Origin: Clostridiales bacterium
GTDB lineage: Bacteria; Bacillota; Clostridia; Saccharofermentanales; Saccharofermentanaceae
Reading direction: 5' to 3'
Assembly: GCA_017513085.1 (NCBI GenBank)
Contig: JAFWDK010000023.1
Coordinates: 1 to 64,000, forward strand
DNA: 64,000 nt
Shown: positions 45,754 to 56,600 of the stretch, one piece after another
Position numbering within the stretch: the first letter of the stretch is position 1
How the letters are laid out: every line of letters begins with the position of its first letter
The notes under the pieces: model-generated
The model's input: the letters and a program-made list of their open reading frames with translations, nothing else
The model's database searches: none
What the model was told of the DNA's origin: nothing
Position numbers and translations under genes: made by a program

Positions 45754-46416
45754 TCAGAGGATCTCCCAGATGATCGTGACAGTGTCTGCCACGTCAATAT
45801 CTTCCGGTTCCATATCTATTCCAAGCGCGCAGTCTTCGGAAATACCCGTCATAAATACTTTAGAGCGCTGCATCGTCGTAACTTCCATTCTTACATCTTC
45901 AAAGGAATAATCTATATGACGGATCTCTCCCAGAGTCACACCCGAAGCCGAAGCCAGGATCGTTGCTTTGTTTCTGGCATCGGCGACGGCTCCGGCCAGA
46001 AGAAGGTTCTTGGCCGCTTCCTGGTCTTTCACCCTGTAACTGACGCGGAATTCAGGTTCTGCCGGACACTTGGCCAGGCAGGTAAATACTTTTCCCAATA
46101 TCTCCTTATCGGAATCAAAGACAAGACGCAGCTCATGACAAAAGCGGTATCCCTTGAAACGCTGTTTCCAGACACCATTCTCGTCATAACCCTCGTACTC
46201 GGGTTCAATATCAAATCGTACCGTCTTGATCTCCGAAGCGGAAAAGCCGGCTGCTGCCAGAGATGCTTTCACGGCTTCACTATCTTCGGAAGCACGACGT
46301 ACCGCTTTTTCATAGTTTTTCTCGACATCACACACAGTAATACCGATACAAGTCTGATCCGGTTTAACCTTGATCAAGCCTCTTCCTGTTACACGCATCG
46401 TTTTTCTGGCATTCAT
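45754..46416 (-). CDS. SIMPL / DUF541 domain protein
   Basis: V.G.G...V.PD, I.T....I.PEY, AV.DA..KA..LA...GV.LG.I. Confidence 0.85.
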   Translation of the reverse strand: MNARKTMRVTGRGLIKVKPDQTCIGITVCDVEKNYEKAVRRASEDSEAVKASLAAAGFSASEIKTVRFDIEPEYEGYDENGVWKQRFKGYRFCHELRLVFDSDKEILGKVFTCLAKCPAEPEFRVSYRVKDQEAAKNLLLAGAVADARNKATILASASGVTLGEIRHIDYSFEDVRMEVTTMQRSKVFMTGISEDCALGIDMEPEDIDVADTVTIIWEIL

Positions 46417-46429
46417 AGCTTCTCCTCCT

Positions 46430-47176
46430 TTAGCTTATGTTATTCACGATCCCGATGGAAACATATCCGTCGATCAGAGCCTGAAGGTCGGTCCCTTCCT
46501 CCGCATGATCCCTATCGATCCAGTGGATCGAATATTCTCTGGTACCGTCAGCATACTCCTGCTCCAGACGATAGTAATCAACATACGGCGTGCCCATACC
46601 GACCCTTCTGTCCCGAAGGATGCCCTTGCAATCAGCAAGCGCGCAATCCGTAAAGTTGACATTGATCACCTTTCCCGGCATCAGATCCGAACCGAAGATC
46701 TCTTCCAGAACGATCGGCAGATAGTGATCTGTTACAGCGTGGCCGGCCCCGCTTGCCCGCTTGTCGAACGCAAAGCCTTCGGAAAAAGCAACGGCCGGAT
46801 ATCCTGTCATCGCTGCATCCAGTGCGGCGGCTACTGTGGCCGAGTACTGTATATCCGTTCCCACATTAAACCCGTTATTGATTCCCGAGAATACGATGTC
46901 CGGCTTCTGCGGCAGGATGCATTGGCATCCGATGCGCACACAATCTGAAGGCTGCCCGGAACATGAGAAGGCGTGTACGCCTTCAATGCCCAAATCATAA
47001 GGTTTCACCTTAAGCGGAACGTCGATCGTAAGACTGTGCGAAGCAGCACTGCGCTGTGTATCCGGTGCCACGACCCAGACCTCTCCATAGTTCAAAGCCG
47101 CCTGTGCAAGGCGCGCTAAACCGTCGGATCCGATCCCGTCATCGTTGACAATAAGTATCCTTCTGTTTTTTCCCAT
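46430..47176 (-). CDS. surE: 5'/3'-nucleotidase SurE
   Basis: ILIVNDDG, VVAP..Q.SA.S, G.P.DCV, SGIN.G.N, YS.TVAAA. Confidence 0.93.
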   Translation of the reverse strand: MGKNRRILIVNDDGIGSDGLARLAQAALNYGEVWVVAPDTQRSAASHSLTIDVPLKVKPYDLGIEGVHAFSCSGQPSDCVRIGCQCILPQKPDIVFSGINNGFNVGTDIQYSATVAAALDAAMTGYPAVAFSEGFAFDKRASGAGHAVTDHYLPIVLEEIFGSDLMPGKVINVNFTDCALADCKGILRDRRVGMGTPYVDYYRLEQEYADGTREYSIHWIDRDHAEEGTDLQALIDGYVSIGIVNNIS

Positions 47177-47194
47177 GATTTTTCCCTGACCCGC

Positions 47195-47497
47195 TCAGAC
47201 TTCAAAATCGAAGCAGCTTCTGATCTTCGCATATGGGCGGACTTTTCCGCTCGCTACGGCTACGTGATCCGGATGCACGGCATAGCCGGCAAGCGCCGCT
47301 TCATCTTCAAAAGTGGAATCCAGCATCAGGTCTGTATTCGAGCTTGCCAATCCTTCGGTCAGCACTTTGATCTCGATCAGCCCCGGAATTTTTCCGGCAA
47401 GGCCCTCAAGACCCTCTTTAATATTCTTCTTTACTTCCGCTTTCTCCTCATGAGAAAGCTCTTCCTTTAACGTCCAGATGATCACATGTTTTACCAT
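47195..47497 (-). CDS. Stress-responsive A/B barrel (Dabb) protein
   Basis: MVKHVI.W.LK, L.G.IPG, Y..HP.H, D.E C-terminus. Confidence 0.88.
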   Translation of the reverse strand: MVKHVIIWTLKEELSHEEKAEVKKNIKEGLEGLAGKIPGLIEIKVLTEGLASSNTDLMLDSTFEDEAALAGYAVHPDHVAVASGKVRPYAKIRSCFDFEV

Positions 47498-47695
47498 AGT
47501 AAATTCGCTCCGTTTTTCTGTGTGTTGTTCTTTTTCATCTTATCATATACTGCGTCGGAAATGGGATCTTCTTTTTCCGTAATTTCATCCGCAATAGCCG
47601 ACAGTCAGGTTCTTCTGATAAAGAGTATCATATATATATACTATGATATAATAGTTTGACATAAAGAATGAGGAGTTCTTTTTAAAAGGAGGAAA

Positions 47696-48760
47696 ATGAA
47701 TATGTTGAATACGATTTTACGGGTCCTGGGCTTTGCTTTGGTCCTTGGTGGAATTATTTTATTGGGCTGGAAGTCTTTCCAGAATACCGGAACGGTACCG
47801 CAGGGGGTTCCGGCTGCTAAAAAGAAGAGTTTCAAAAAACCGGCTCTGATTCTGGTTCTGCTCGGCGCTCTGTCTATCATTGCGTCTTTGGCTTTTACCA
47901 TTATCCCGACGGGTTATACCGGTGTTCGTGTAACTTTCGGTCAGGTTGAACAGCGCACGCTGAATAACGGTATCAATTTCCAGATCCCCTTGATCCAGGA
48001 GATCGTGCTGGTCAACAACAAGCAGCAGGATATCAAGTTTAACGATAATGCCATCTCTTCCGAGACCAGCGAGCGTAACACGGTAAACTTCCGCGGCATT
48101 ACTGTTACCTATCAGATCAATCCGGAAAAGTCCGCTTGGATCTTCGCTAATGTCACAAACTACGAAGCCGGTCTGGTCAGCGAGTCTCTGGTAGCTTCCG
48201 CGATCAAGACCACTTCCAAGACTTTGTCTCCGAACGACTGTACCAACCGAAGCATCATTGAGCCGAAAGCCAAGGATAATATTCAAAAATCACTGGATGA
48301 GAAATACGGCCCGGATGTCGTATATGTCAACAAAGTCGTAATCAACGACGCCGCTTTTGACTCGGAATACGACGAAAAGATCGCTAAGAAACAGCAGGCT
48401 CAGATCGATTACGAGACACAGCAGATCGAGAATAAGAAGAATATTGAAAAGGCAGAAGCGGATGCCGCTGTCATGAAGACACAGGCGCAGGCAAAGGCGG
48501 AGGCAAAAGTTATTGCTGCACAGGCTGAAGCGGATTCCAACAAGCTCATCAGCGACTCGATCGATGAGAACGTATTGCGCAACAAGTATTATGAGATCTG
48601 GGACGGTAAGCTCCCGGCTACCATTGTCGGCGCCGATGCAGCAGCTTCAATCCTGATCAATGCAATGCCGACAAACAACTCTACGTCCGGTTCAGGTTCA
48701 TCCAGTGTAACACCTACACCTGCACCGACGCCTACACCAACTCCGGCACCGGAGTCCTGA
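47696..48760 (+). CDS. SPFH / band 7 / prohibitin family membrane protein
   Basis: Two TM helices; IPTGYTGV..TFG, GINF.IP; AEA coiled coil; WDGKLP; Pro/Thr tail; AAGGAGG RBS. Confidence 0.88.
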   Translation: MNMLNTILRVLGFALVLGGIILLGWKSFQNTGTVPQGVPAAKKKSFKKPALILVLLGALSIIASLAFTIIPTGYTGVRVTFGQVEQRTLNNGINFQIPLIQEIVLVNNKQQDIKFNDNAISSETSERNTVNFRGITVTYQINPEKSAWIFANVTNYEAGLVSESLVASAIKTTSKTLSPNDCTNRSIIEPKAKDNIQKSLDEKYGPDVVYVNKVVINDAAFDSEYDEKIAKKQQAQIDYETQQIENKKNIEKAEADAAVMKTQAQAKAEAKVIAAQAEADSNKLISDSIDENVLRNKYYEIWDGKLPATIVGADAAASILINAMPTNNSTSGSGSSSVTPTPAPTPTPTPAPES

Positions 48761-48788
48761 TCAATTATATGAATGGGAGATTAATCTT

Positions 48789-50597
48789 ATGAAACGCAGC
48801 ATAGCAGCGATTCTTTCACTTTCCATCGTTCTTGGACTTGCCGGATGCAAGAATAAGGGCGACGAAACCAGAACAGAGAGAAGCACCAGAACGAAAAAGA
48901 CTGAAATCACCGAGACCGAAGATACGGAGAGTTCTGAAGAACCTACTGAAACAGAAAGCGAAACCGAGCCTTCCGAATCATCGGAAACTTCTGAAACAAC
49001 TGAATCCGAGACATCTGTCGAGTCTGACACATCGGAAACATCGGATTCTTCCGAGTCTTCGGAATCCTCTAAAGAATCCGAAAGTTCGGAGACTTCAGAT
49101 ACATCCGCGCCCACACCTACACCGGCTTCGATTCCGAAGATCACTTTTTCCAACAACCTGAAGAGCCTCGACTTGAAGCGCAGCAACAGGATCCGTGCAT
49201 ATTCCGAACTCTGCCCTTCTGCCGGAGAAAACTCGATGGCTGAGCTGAAAGAAGAGTTGGAATTCTACCAGATCGGATCCTCTGATTTCTCTAAACTCAC
49301 TACAGTGACCGATGCTATTTTTGATGGAAGAGCCAGACGCATGGATTCCTATTACGATCAGGCGCTTGCAACTTTCCACGACGACGTGCAAGGCCTTACC
49401 AGCGATGAGTTCTGGGATTATCGTACGAGAATGTTCCAAACCCACACCCGCGTTGCTCGGGCAGACAGCCAGATCTATTCTTTTGAGCTGACCGATGGTG
49501 TTTCGGACAGTTATTCAACACAGTATTTCAATCTGGATTCTTCCACCGGAGATTCAATCAAACTTGATGATGTCGTTTTAGACAGAGCCACGATGGCTAA
49601 GATCGTCGAGACTCTCCCGATCGGCGAAGGCTACGAAAAAGAAAACCTTCAACTGGCCTATGCCTCGATCGCTGATGCGCTTTCCAATAATAAAGAGGTA
49701 GACTTCCTTCTTTATCCGAACGCGATCCAATTCGCCTACACGATCAGAGTATACGATTATGATCAGACATACTTCTGCACCATTCCGACAGTTCTTCTGG
49801 GCGGAGTCGTGGATCTGAAATACTTCGGCGCCACCACCAAAAACTATTCTCTGGTTTTCGGTTCCAATAATACCTGCGTTTGGGATTTCGACGGTGACAG
49901 TACACCCGATGTTTTAAGCATCAACTGTGGAGATGACAACAGCAAGACGATCGACTTCATGTTCAACAACACCGCCTCGTCCATAACCAAGGAAAACAAA
50001 ATCTATTCGGACAATGGTTTCTATCCTTTGTACGTAAGCGTTACAGATAATGGTACATTTATCTACGTCGGATGTTCCAATGAGGATCCGGTCGATGGTT
50101 GCCTGGTCTTCTGTCTTCGCGCAGATGAAAAGATCGAGTTTATTGACGAGTGTGAAATTTTTGATTCTATCCCGTACGATCCTTCCAACTGCCGGATCAC
50201 CCCCAGATGTGATCTCCTCGGGACAGGCCATATGACCGTAAACGCTTCTATATTGGGTAATAACGGAATTCCTAAACCTATCGATCCTTTCTACGAAAAG
50301 AGCGGCGTGGGTGTTACCGTCAAGGAAATGAAGCTTGCCGGATACAGTGAAGAGGGACCTTTGGCCGGCGATACCGTCACGATCCCCAAGGGCACGTCCG
50401 TCCGCATGATCGGCATTGATTCCGCAAACGAAATGGCGCTTTTCACGACATTAAACGAAAATGAATCCGAGAACGTGATGTTCTATATGGCTTGCTGGAA
50501 AGAACATTACGATTACTCGGATGAGTATGACTTCTCGATCCATTACGATGGCGATTCTGCATATCAGCTCTTTGTCGGCCCAATGTATGCTGACTAA
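48789..50597 (+). CDS. Lipoprotein with Ser/Thr/Glu-rich linker and possible DUF3298/RsiV-like domain
   Basis: Lipobox LAGC; ~90-aa low-complexity linker; RAD..I.SF and FNLD..TG..I.L.DV. Confidence 0.75.
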   Translation: MKRSIAAILSLSIVLGLAGCKNKGDETRTERSTRTKKTEITETEDTESSEEPTETESETEPSESSETSETTESETSVESDTSETSDSSESSESSKESESSETSDTSAPTPTPASIPKITFSNNLKSLDLKRSNRIRAYSELCPSAGENSMAELKEELEFYQIGSSDFSKLTTVTDAIFDGRARRMDSYYDQALATFHDDVQGLTSDEFWDYRTRMFQTHTRVARADSQIYSFELTDGVSDSYSTQYFNLDSSTGDSIKLDDVVLDRATMAKIVETLPIGEGYEKENLQLAYASIADALSNNKEVDFLLYPNAIQFAYTIRVYDYDQTYFCTIPTVLLGGVVDLKYFGATTKNYSLVFGSNNTCVWDFDGDSTPDVLSINCGDDNSKTIDFMFNNTASSITKENKIYSDNGFYPLYVSVTDNGTFIYVGCSNEDPVDGCLVFCLRADEKIEFIDECEIFDSIPYDPSNCRITPRCDLLGTGHMTVNASILGNNGIPKPIDPFYEKSGVGVTVKEMKLAGYSEEGPLAGDTVTIPKGTSVRMIGIDSANEMALFTTLNENESENVMFYMACWKEHYDYSDEYDFSIHYDGDSAYQLFVGPMYAD

Positions 50598-50624
50598 GCA
50601 AATCTGAACCATACGCATCAAATC

Positions 50625-50659
50625 AAAAGGCGCTGCCATTGAGACAGCGCCTTTTATTT
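50625..50659. terminator. Bidirectional terminator (GAGACAGC family)
   Basis: AAAAGGCGCTGCC-ATT-GAGACAGCGCCTTTT between convergent genes. Confidence 0.75.
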
Positions 50660-50694
50660 GTCATGTATCTGATCCGTCAATGATGTGATGCTTC

Positions 50695-52299
50695 TCAGAA
50701 GAAGAGCTGGGTTACACGCAGCACTCCATCAATGGCACGAAGCTCGCTGAGAACATCCTCACTGAGTTCTTCGCTGACAGCCAGGAAAGACTGTGCTTTG
50801 GTGGATCCAGGCTTTACGCCCCAGTGCATCGCATTGATATTGATGTTGTGATCGCCGATCTTGGTCGCGATCTTACCAATGATGCCCGGAACATCTTCGT
50901 TCTGCATAGCTACTACGATCGGTGCCAGAGCAAAATCTGCCTGGTAGCCGAAGAAGCTTACGAGGACTTCTGTATCTTCACCGACGATCGTACCGGAAAC
51001 ACTGAGTTCGCGGCCTTCATCCGTTACGAAGTTTACTACGATCATGCTGGTATAGCGCTCGCACTGTGCACTCTTGCTCTCAACTACCTCGATGCCGCGG
51101 CTTTCGACGCCCTGACGGACGTTGACGAAGCTTACACGCTCATCGGAATGCACAGAAAGGAAACCCTTGAGGACCGAAAGTGTCAGGATACCTGTTTCCT
51201 GGCTGGCAAGTGCGCCACGGAATTCAACTTCGATCTTCTTAACCGGAACAGTCTCTGCCTGATAGTAGATCTTACCGAGTTTCTCAGCCAGATCCGCATA
51301 AGGACGGATCGCAGCCATATCGCCACTGAAAGCAGGCATGTTGATTGCAGCAACCAGTTCACCACGAAGTGCTTTTGCAACAAGAGAAGTAACAGCAGAA
51401 CCAACATTGTGGTTAGCTTCCTGCGTCGAAGCACCCAGGTGCGGTGTTACAACACAGTTCGGAAGTGTCAGAAGCGGGTTCTGATACTGCTGTTCGCCCG
51501 GAGCCTTATCGTAAGAAGGCTCCTTATCGAATACGTCGATTGCTGCTGCAGCAACCTGACCGGATTTAAGCGCATCATAAAGAGCGGCTTCGTTAACAAG
51601 ACCACCACGGGCAGCATTGACGATACGAACGCCCTTCTTGCACTTGGCAAGTTCTTCTGCGCCGACCATGCCGACGGTCTCTTTATTCTTCGGTGTATGG
51701 AAAGTAATGAGATCCGCAACAGCAAGAAGATCTTCGAGCTTCGCGCAACGCTTTACGCCAACTGTATCAAACTTCTCCTGTGTAATGTACGGGTCATAAG
51801 CAACAACTGTCATGCCGATTCCCTTGAGCTTTCTGGCTACGATAGAACCGATACGGCCAAGACCGATGATACCTGCTGTCTTACCTTCGAGTTCGTTACC
51901 GATCATCTGAGCACGACGGAAATCATCGTTATGGGCAGCCTCATTGGCATGGCAGAGATTTCTGAAAATCGAGAAAGCATGAGCTACTGCAAGCTCACCT
52001 GCAGCCATGATGTTAGCTTCCGGAGTATTCACGGCAATGATGCCCTTCTCTGTGCAGGCTGCTACGTCGATATTATCGATACCGTTGCCGGCACGTCCGA
52101 CAACTTTCAGGTTCTTGGCATTCGCCAGCAGATCCTTGTTGACCTGGGTAACGGAACGTACGATCAATGCATCGTAATCACCGATAAATCCCTTGATCTC
52201 GTCCTGGGAGCAACCCAGACGCTCGTCTACTTCAAAACCTTCGTCTTTAAGATACTGGATCGCATCTGCAGCGATCTTTTCTGCTACCAAAATCTTCAT
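50695..52299 (-). CDS. serA: D-3-phosphoglycerate dehydrogenase (long form with ASB and ACT domains)
   Basis: LIVRS.T, RAG.G.DNID, GLGRIG, N.ARGG, TPHLGAST.EA, ACT N.D.PG.IG. Confidence 0.93.
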   Translation of the reverse strand: MKILVAEKIAADAIQYLKDEGFEVDERLGCSQDEIKGFIGDYDALIVRSVTQVNKDLLANAKNLKVVGRAGNGIDNIDVAACTEKGIIAVNTPEANIMAAGELAVAHAFSIFRNLCHANEAAHNDDFRRAQMIGNELEGKTAGIIGLGRIGSIVARKLKGIGMTVVAYDPYITQEKFDTVGVKRCAKLEDLLAVADLITFHTPKNKETVGMVGAEELAKCKKGVRIVNAARGGLVNEAALYDALKSGQVAAAAIDVFDKEPSYDKAPGEQQYQNPLLTLPNCVVTPHLGASTQEANHNVGSAVTSLVAKALRGELVAAINMPAFSGDMAAIRPYADLAEKLGKIYYQAETVPVKKIEVEFRGALASQETGILTLSVLKGFLSVHSDERVSFVNVRQGVESRGIEVVESKSAQCERYTSMIVVNFVTDEGRELSVSGTIVGEDTEVLVSFFGYQADFALAPIVVAMQNEDVPGIIGKIATKIGDHNININAMHWGVKPGSTKAQSFLAVSEELSEDVLSELRAIDGVLRVTQLFF

Positions 52300-52316
52300 A
52301 TCTCGTTCCTCCCAAA

Positions 52317-53414
52317 TTATGCGTTCTGAGCTTTCAGCTCTGCTACTACTTCATCGAGATCCTTAAGCATTGCTTTGATCTCATCGATCGTTGTATCTGC
52401 CATGTGCGCGATACGGAATGTGGTTTCTTTTAAAGCACCATAACCACCGGACAGGAGGTATCCTCTCTCACCCATCTTCTTGTTGATCTCAGCAAACGGG
52501 ATGCCCAGTGTGTTCTTGATACATGTAACGGTTACGGAAAGATTATCCGGATCCGAGTACAGTTCTGCATTCTTTCTGGCCCAGTCACGAACCAGTTCCG
52601 CCATTTCGCAATGTCTCTTGTAACGGTTCTCCATGCCCTCTGCAAGGATGCAGTCAAGCTGGTAATCCAGAGCAAACATGTGGGATTCCGACGGAGTGGA
52701 CGGATACTGGAACGGCTTCTCGTTTACAAACTTTGCCAGTTCCACATAGTCGAAGTACAGACCTCTGTTCGGGATCGTCTTGGCTTTTTCCAGTGCACGG
52801 TCCGAAACGGATGCAATAGACATTCCCGGAGGCAGACCCAGACACTTCTGAGTGGATGTGATGCAGACATCGATGCCCCACTCGTCAACCGGAATATAGT
52901 CGCCACACATGGAACTTACTGTATCCACGCAAAGGATCACGTCCGGATACTTTGCCTTTAAGACTTTGGAGATCTCGCCGACAGGGTTGTGGACACCTGT
53001 GGAGGTCTCGTTATGTGTAACGGTGATCATGTCATACTCGCCGGAAGATAGAGCCTCATCGACCATTTCCGGTGTTGTGATCTGTCCCAGTTCGGAACGG
53101 AAAATATCTGCCGGAACGCCATTGGATGTTGCCATCTTATACCAGCGTTCACCAAAAGCACCAATGGAGAAGATCGCCGCCTTCTTCGCTGTGAAACATC
53201 GAACCGCGCCTTCCATAAGACCGCTGCCTGATGAAGTGGAAAGAATAATCGTGTTCTTTGTTCCCATAACCTTCTGAAGCTTCTCGGAAATTCCCTGCTG
53301 CAGGGCGGAAGCATCCTTGGTACGGTGGCCGATCATCGGCGTAGACATCTTTTCCAATACTTCACGGCGGACTTCTACCGGGCCCGGAATGAAAAGTTTC
53401 TTATGCGTACTCAT
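52317..53414 (-). CDS. Class V PLP aminotransferase (alanine-glyoxylate/serine-pyruvate family; probable phosphoserine aminotransferase)
   Basis: LFIPGP, GHR, G.FG.RW, HNETSTGV, D.VSS, QKCLGLPPG, FRIAHM; directly upstream of serA. Confidence 0.88.
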   Translation of the reverse strand: MSTHKKLFIPGPVEVRREVLEKMSTPMIGHRTKDASALQQGISEKLQKVMGTKNTIILSTSSGSGLMEGAVRCFTAKKAAIFSIGAFGERWYKMATSNGVPADIFRSELGQITTPEMVDEALSSGEYDMITVTHNETSTGVHNPVGEISKVLKAKYPDVILCVDTVSSMCGDYIPVDEWGIDVCITSTQKCLGLPPGMSIASVSDRALEKAKTIPNRGLYFDYVELAKFVNEKPFQYPSTPSESHMFALDYQLDCILAEGMENRYKRHCEMAELVRDWARKNAELYSDPDNLSVTVTCIKNTLGIPFAEINKKMGERGYLLSGGYGALKETTFRIAHMADTTIDEIKAMLKDLDEVVAELKAQNA

Positions 53415-53612
53415 CGTCAATTCCTCCATGTAATATATATAATTACGTACCGTACTATTGTAGACGTATTTTCCCTATTTTTCTAGTGCCAATCCATCTG
53501 CTTTTCCATTTTCGGCAAATTACCAAAAAAACCCCTCTGCTTTCCTGCTTTGCCGACAACCTGCCATGAACTTTAGCGAAATGATTTTTATTCGGGTTAT
53601 TTCTAAAAAACG

Positions 53613-53644
53613 AAAAAAAGAGGCTGTCTATGTAAGACAGCCTC
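53613..53644 (-). terminator. Terminator (GCTGTCT/AGACAGC family)
   Basis: A7 then GAGGCTGTCT-ATGTA-AGACAGCCTC, 30 nt after the stop at 53674. Confidence 0.75.
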
Positions 53645-53673
53645 GTAAGATCTGTTTCTTCTGTTACGCGGGA

Positions 53674-56600
53674 TCAGCCACCCTGCGGGAGCATGACTGC
53701 CGGCGGGAGCTTGACTGAATCGCCTGCCTTCGGCGTGTAGGATGCATCTAAGTTATTGTACTCCTTGATGAATGCTACTCGCTTATCCGACTCACTATCG
53801 ATCTTGGTTCCGTATACGTGATAGAACAGATCCCACCATGTACGGCATCCGCTATTGTCTGAGAATGTATAAACACCGATTGGAGCATCTGCCGGAACTG
53901 CTGTGGTTTCTGCCGCTGTCGTCGTGGTGTCTTCAGTCGCGGACGTATCGGAAGTCTCCTCAATCGATGTTGAAGATTCGCTGGTCTCGACCGGCTTCTT
54001 CTTACTGCTTCCGCAAGAGTGCACGATCAGAATAATGATCACGATCAAACAGATCACGGAGATCGCTGCCAGAATGAACGGCAGGTAGTTGGTCTCCTCG
54101 CCTTCCTCATCATCAAATCCATCGTCTACTTCTTCTACACGACGGCGAGGCGGGGCAACATTCGGTCTTCCACCCGGTCTTCTGTATTCTCCGCCCTGCT
54201 GACGCTTCGGCACACCAGGGACTTCACTCGAGGATACACTATTCTGCTGCATGTAAGCCGGAACCGAAGAAGCAGCGCCAGCCGCAGCATTGCTGTATGA
54301 ATCATCACTTCTTCCGGATGGTGCAAAATCAAACAGGTCTGCAACAGCCGGAGGCGGATTATCGAAATCGTACTGTTCTTCTGCCGGAGAAGCTCCCTCA
54401 AGGGATGCCGCATAATCGGCCGGTTCATCGAAAGAAGTATAACTGTTCACATTCTCGGCCGGTGCCTGATATTCCGGAACTTCTGCCTGTGGGGCAACAT
54501 AATCCTGTACGGCACTGACCGGTTCTTCCACATAGGGTGCCGGTTCAACAGAAGGTACCTCGTAGCCCGCCGGATCTCCGAAGCTCGGGGCAGCGTCTGC
54601 AACGAATGGAGAAACCGGTGTTCCGGCTGCCTTCGCTCCGCTGATCAGATCATCTTCATCAACCGTGTAAGAACCACGAGCATATACACCTGTGTCTTCG
54701 TAACCGATCGGCGTATCGCTGTTCGTCGGATATGTCGGAGGCGTATAACTCGGTGCCTCGTAAAGCGGCATTTCCGGAACATCGTTGGCGGAAGACTGTG
54801 CGGCTTGCGGAATATCGTTCGATGCGAAAGGAATTACGAAATCATCGCCCACTGCCGGTTCAGGCTGTTGCGGGGCCGGTATCGAAGAAGCCGGTTCGTA
54901 ATCCGACGGATACTCCAGATGCGACTCATACTCTTCATCTGCAGACGGTTCTGCGTCCCCAAAGAAAAGAGGAGTTTCGTCAAACTTCTTCGGATCGTTC
55001 TCAGATTCATTGCTCATAGGCGATTTCACCTCATCATCTGCCTCGAAGACAAGCGGGATCGTCTCGTCTGTCTCCGCAACCGCGCCAGAAGGAGCAATCT
55101 CGGGTTTCGCCGTCTCCTCCGCCGCCTGTTCGGCTTTAGCCGGCTCCGTCTTTTCAGTTGCCACGATTCCGCCAAACGGATCGTCACCGAGGAATAACGG
55201 TGCCTCATCCTTAGCTTCGTTCCTGGCCGGTTCAGAAGCCTTGTCTACAGGCGCCTGTCCACCCACTTCAAAAGAAACGTTCGCCGGTTCTTCTGTCTTC
55301 TTTTCTTCAACCTTATTTTCTTCGTTCTGTGCCTTAATAGCAGCCTTAAAGAACGGATTCTCACTATTTTTCACAGCTACGAAAGGTTCTTCCTTTTTCG
55401 GTGCCGGAGTTGCCGCCTGGGGCATAAGCGCACTCGCGGAAGGCATTTCCGTAACATCTTTGAGCACCGGAGTCTCCGGAGTTTTCGGCTGTACAAAAGG
55501 ACTGGACGCCGGAGCCGTCTGCATTGCCGGAGTTACCGGGAGAACGCCGGTATCACCGAAAGACGGAAGAGATGCAGATTTTGCATCCACTACCGGAAGG
55601 ACCTTTGTCGCGCCATCGTCAACCAGAGAAGATATCGTCGGAGCTGCCGGTTTCTGTGCAGCAACCGGTGCCGCCGGTACGACCGGAGCAGTAGGCGCCG
55701 CCGGAGTTGCCGGCTTCGCAGAAGAGTTCGCATTCGCTTCTTCTTTCATCAGATCATGGATATCGCCAAATACCAGCGGCGGTTCCGGAATCGGTGTTTC
55801 AATAGCTGTCTTCACGGCGTCAGCACTCTCTTTGGCAATGTCTGCGCCCTTGGAAGATGCCGCACCTGCCGCTCCCGCTACTGCACCTGCTACGGCACCT
55901 GCAGCAACGCCTGCGCCGGAAGCTCCAGCGCCGGCAGCCTCTGTTGTCGCATTGACCTGAGCCGCCACCTGGGAAGCAAATGTATTGATACGTCTTCTTT
56001 CTGTCTTATCAGTAACTGTAGTTTGCGGGACTTTCGGCTGAGCCGGGACCGCTGGTTCTTTCTTCGGCTCGACATCCTCGTCTTCGAAGAGCAGAGCATC
56101 CTTCGGAAGCGGCTTCTCTTCCTTCTTCGGGGATTCAAGCGGGATAGCCGGAGCGATGTCGTAATCGTCCACCTCTTCGCCATTATCTTCTTCCACTTCC
56201 TGAACGGCTTTCTTCTTCTTTCTTCCGAAGCCGAAGAAACCGCCACGGTCACTGGACGTAATGTCTTCAACAAAAGAGATCATGAACTGAAGCGGCACAC
56301 CCGGAAGTTTTGCCGCTGCTTCGGTCATTACTACGCTGGCCGCATCGCTCTGGTCTTCCGCATCGTAAAGGATACGGAGAAGTTCCTGCTGTCCCAAGGC
56401 CTCATAGACCTCGCGGTTACAAAGGATGATGCAGTCATCCAGTTTCAGCTGGGCAATATTGGAACACAATGCCGGCGCGGTCTTGGTCGCGCAGAAATTG
56501 AAAAAGTTATCGACTTTCTGTCTTTGTGTGTTGATCGCATCGATACGGATATCTGCCGCGGTCATCGGATACAGAGTATCGTCACGGTAAAGGAATGCCA

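Noticed and set aside
48880-49130. Repetitive DNA in the lipoprotein gene
   Set aside because: Reflects a Ser/Thr/Glu-rich linker, with no exact repeat unit
50824-52329. 501-aa ORF antisense to serA
   Set aside because: Shadow ORF with no recognisable features
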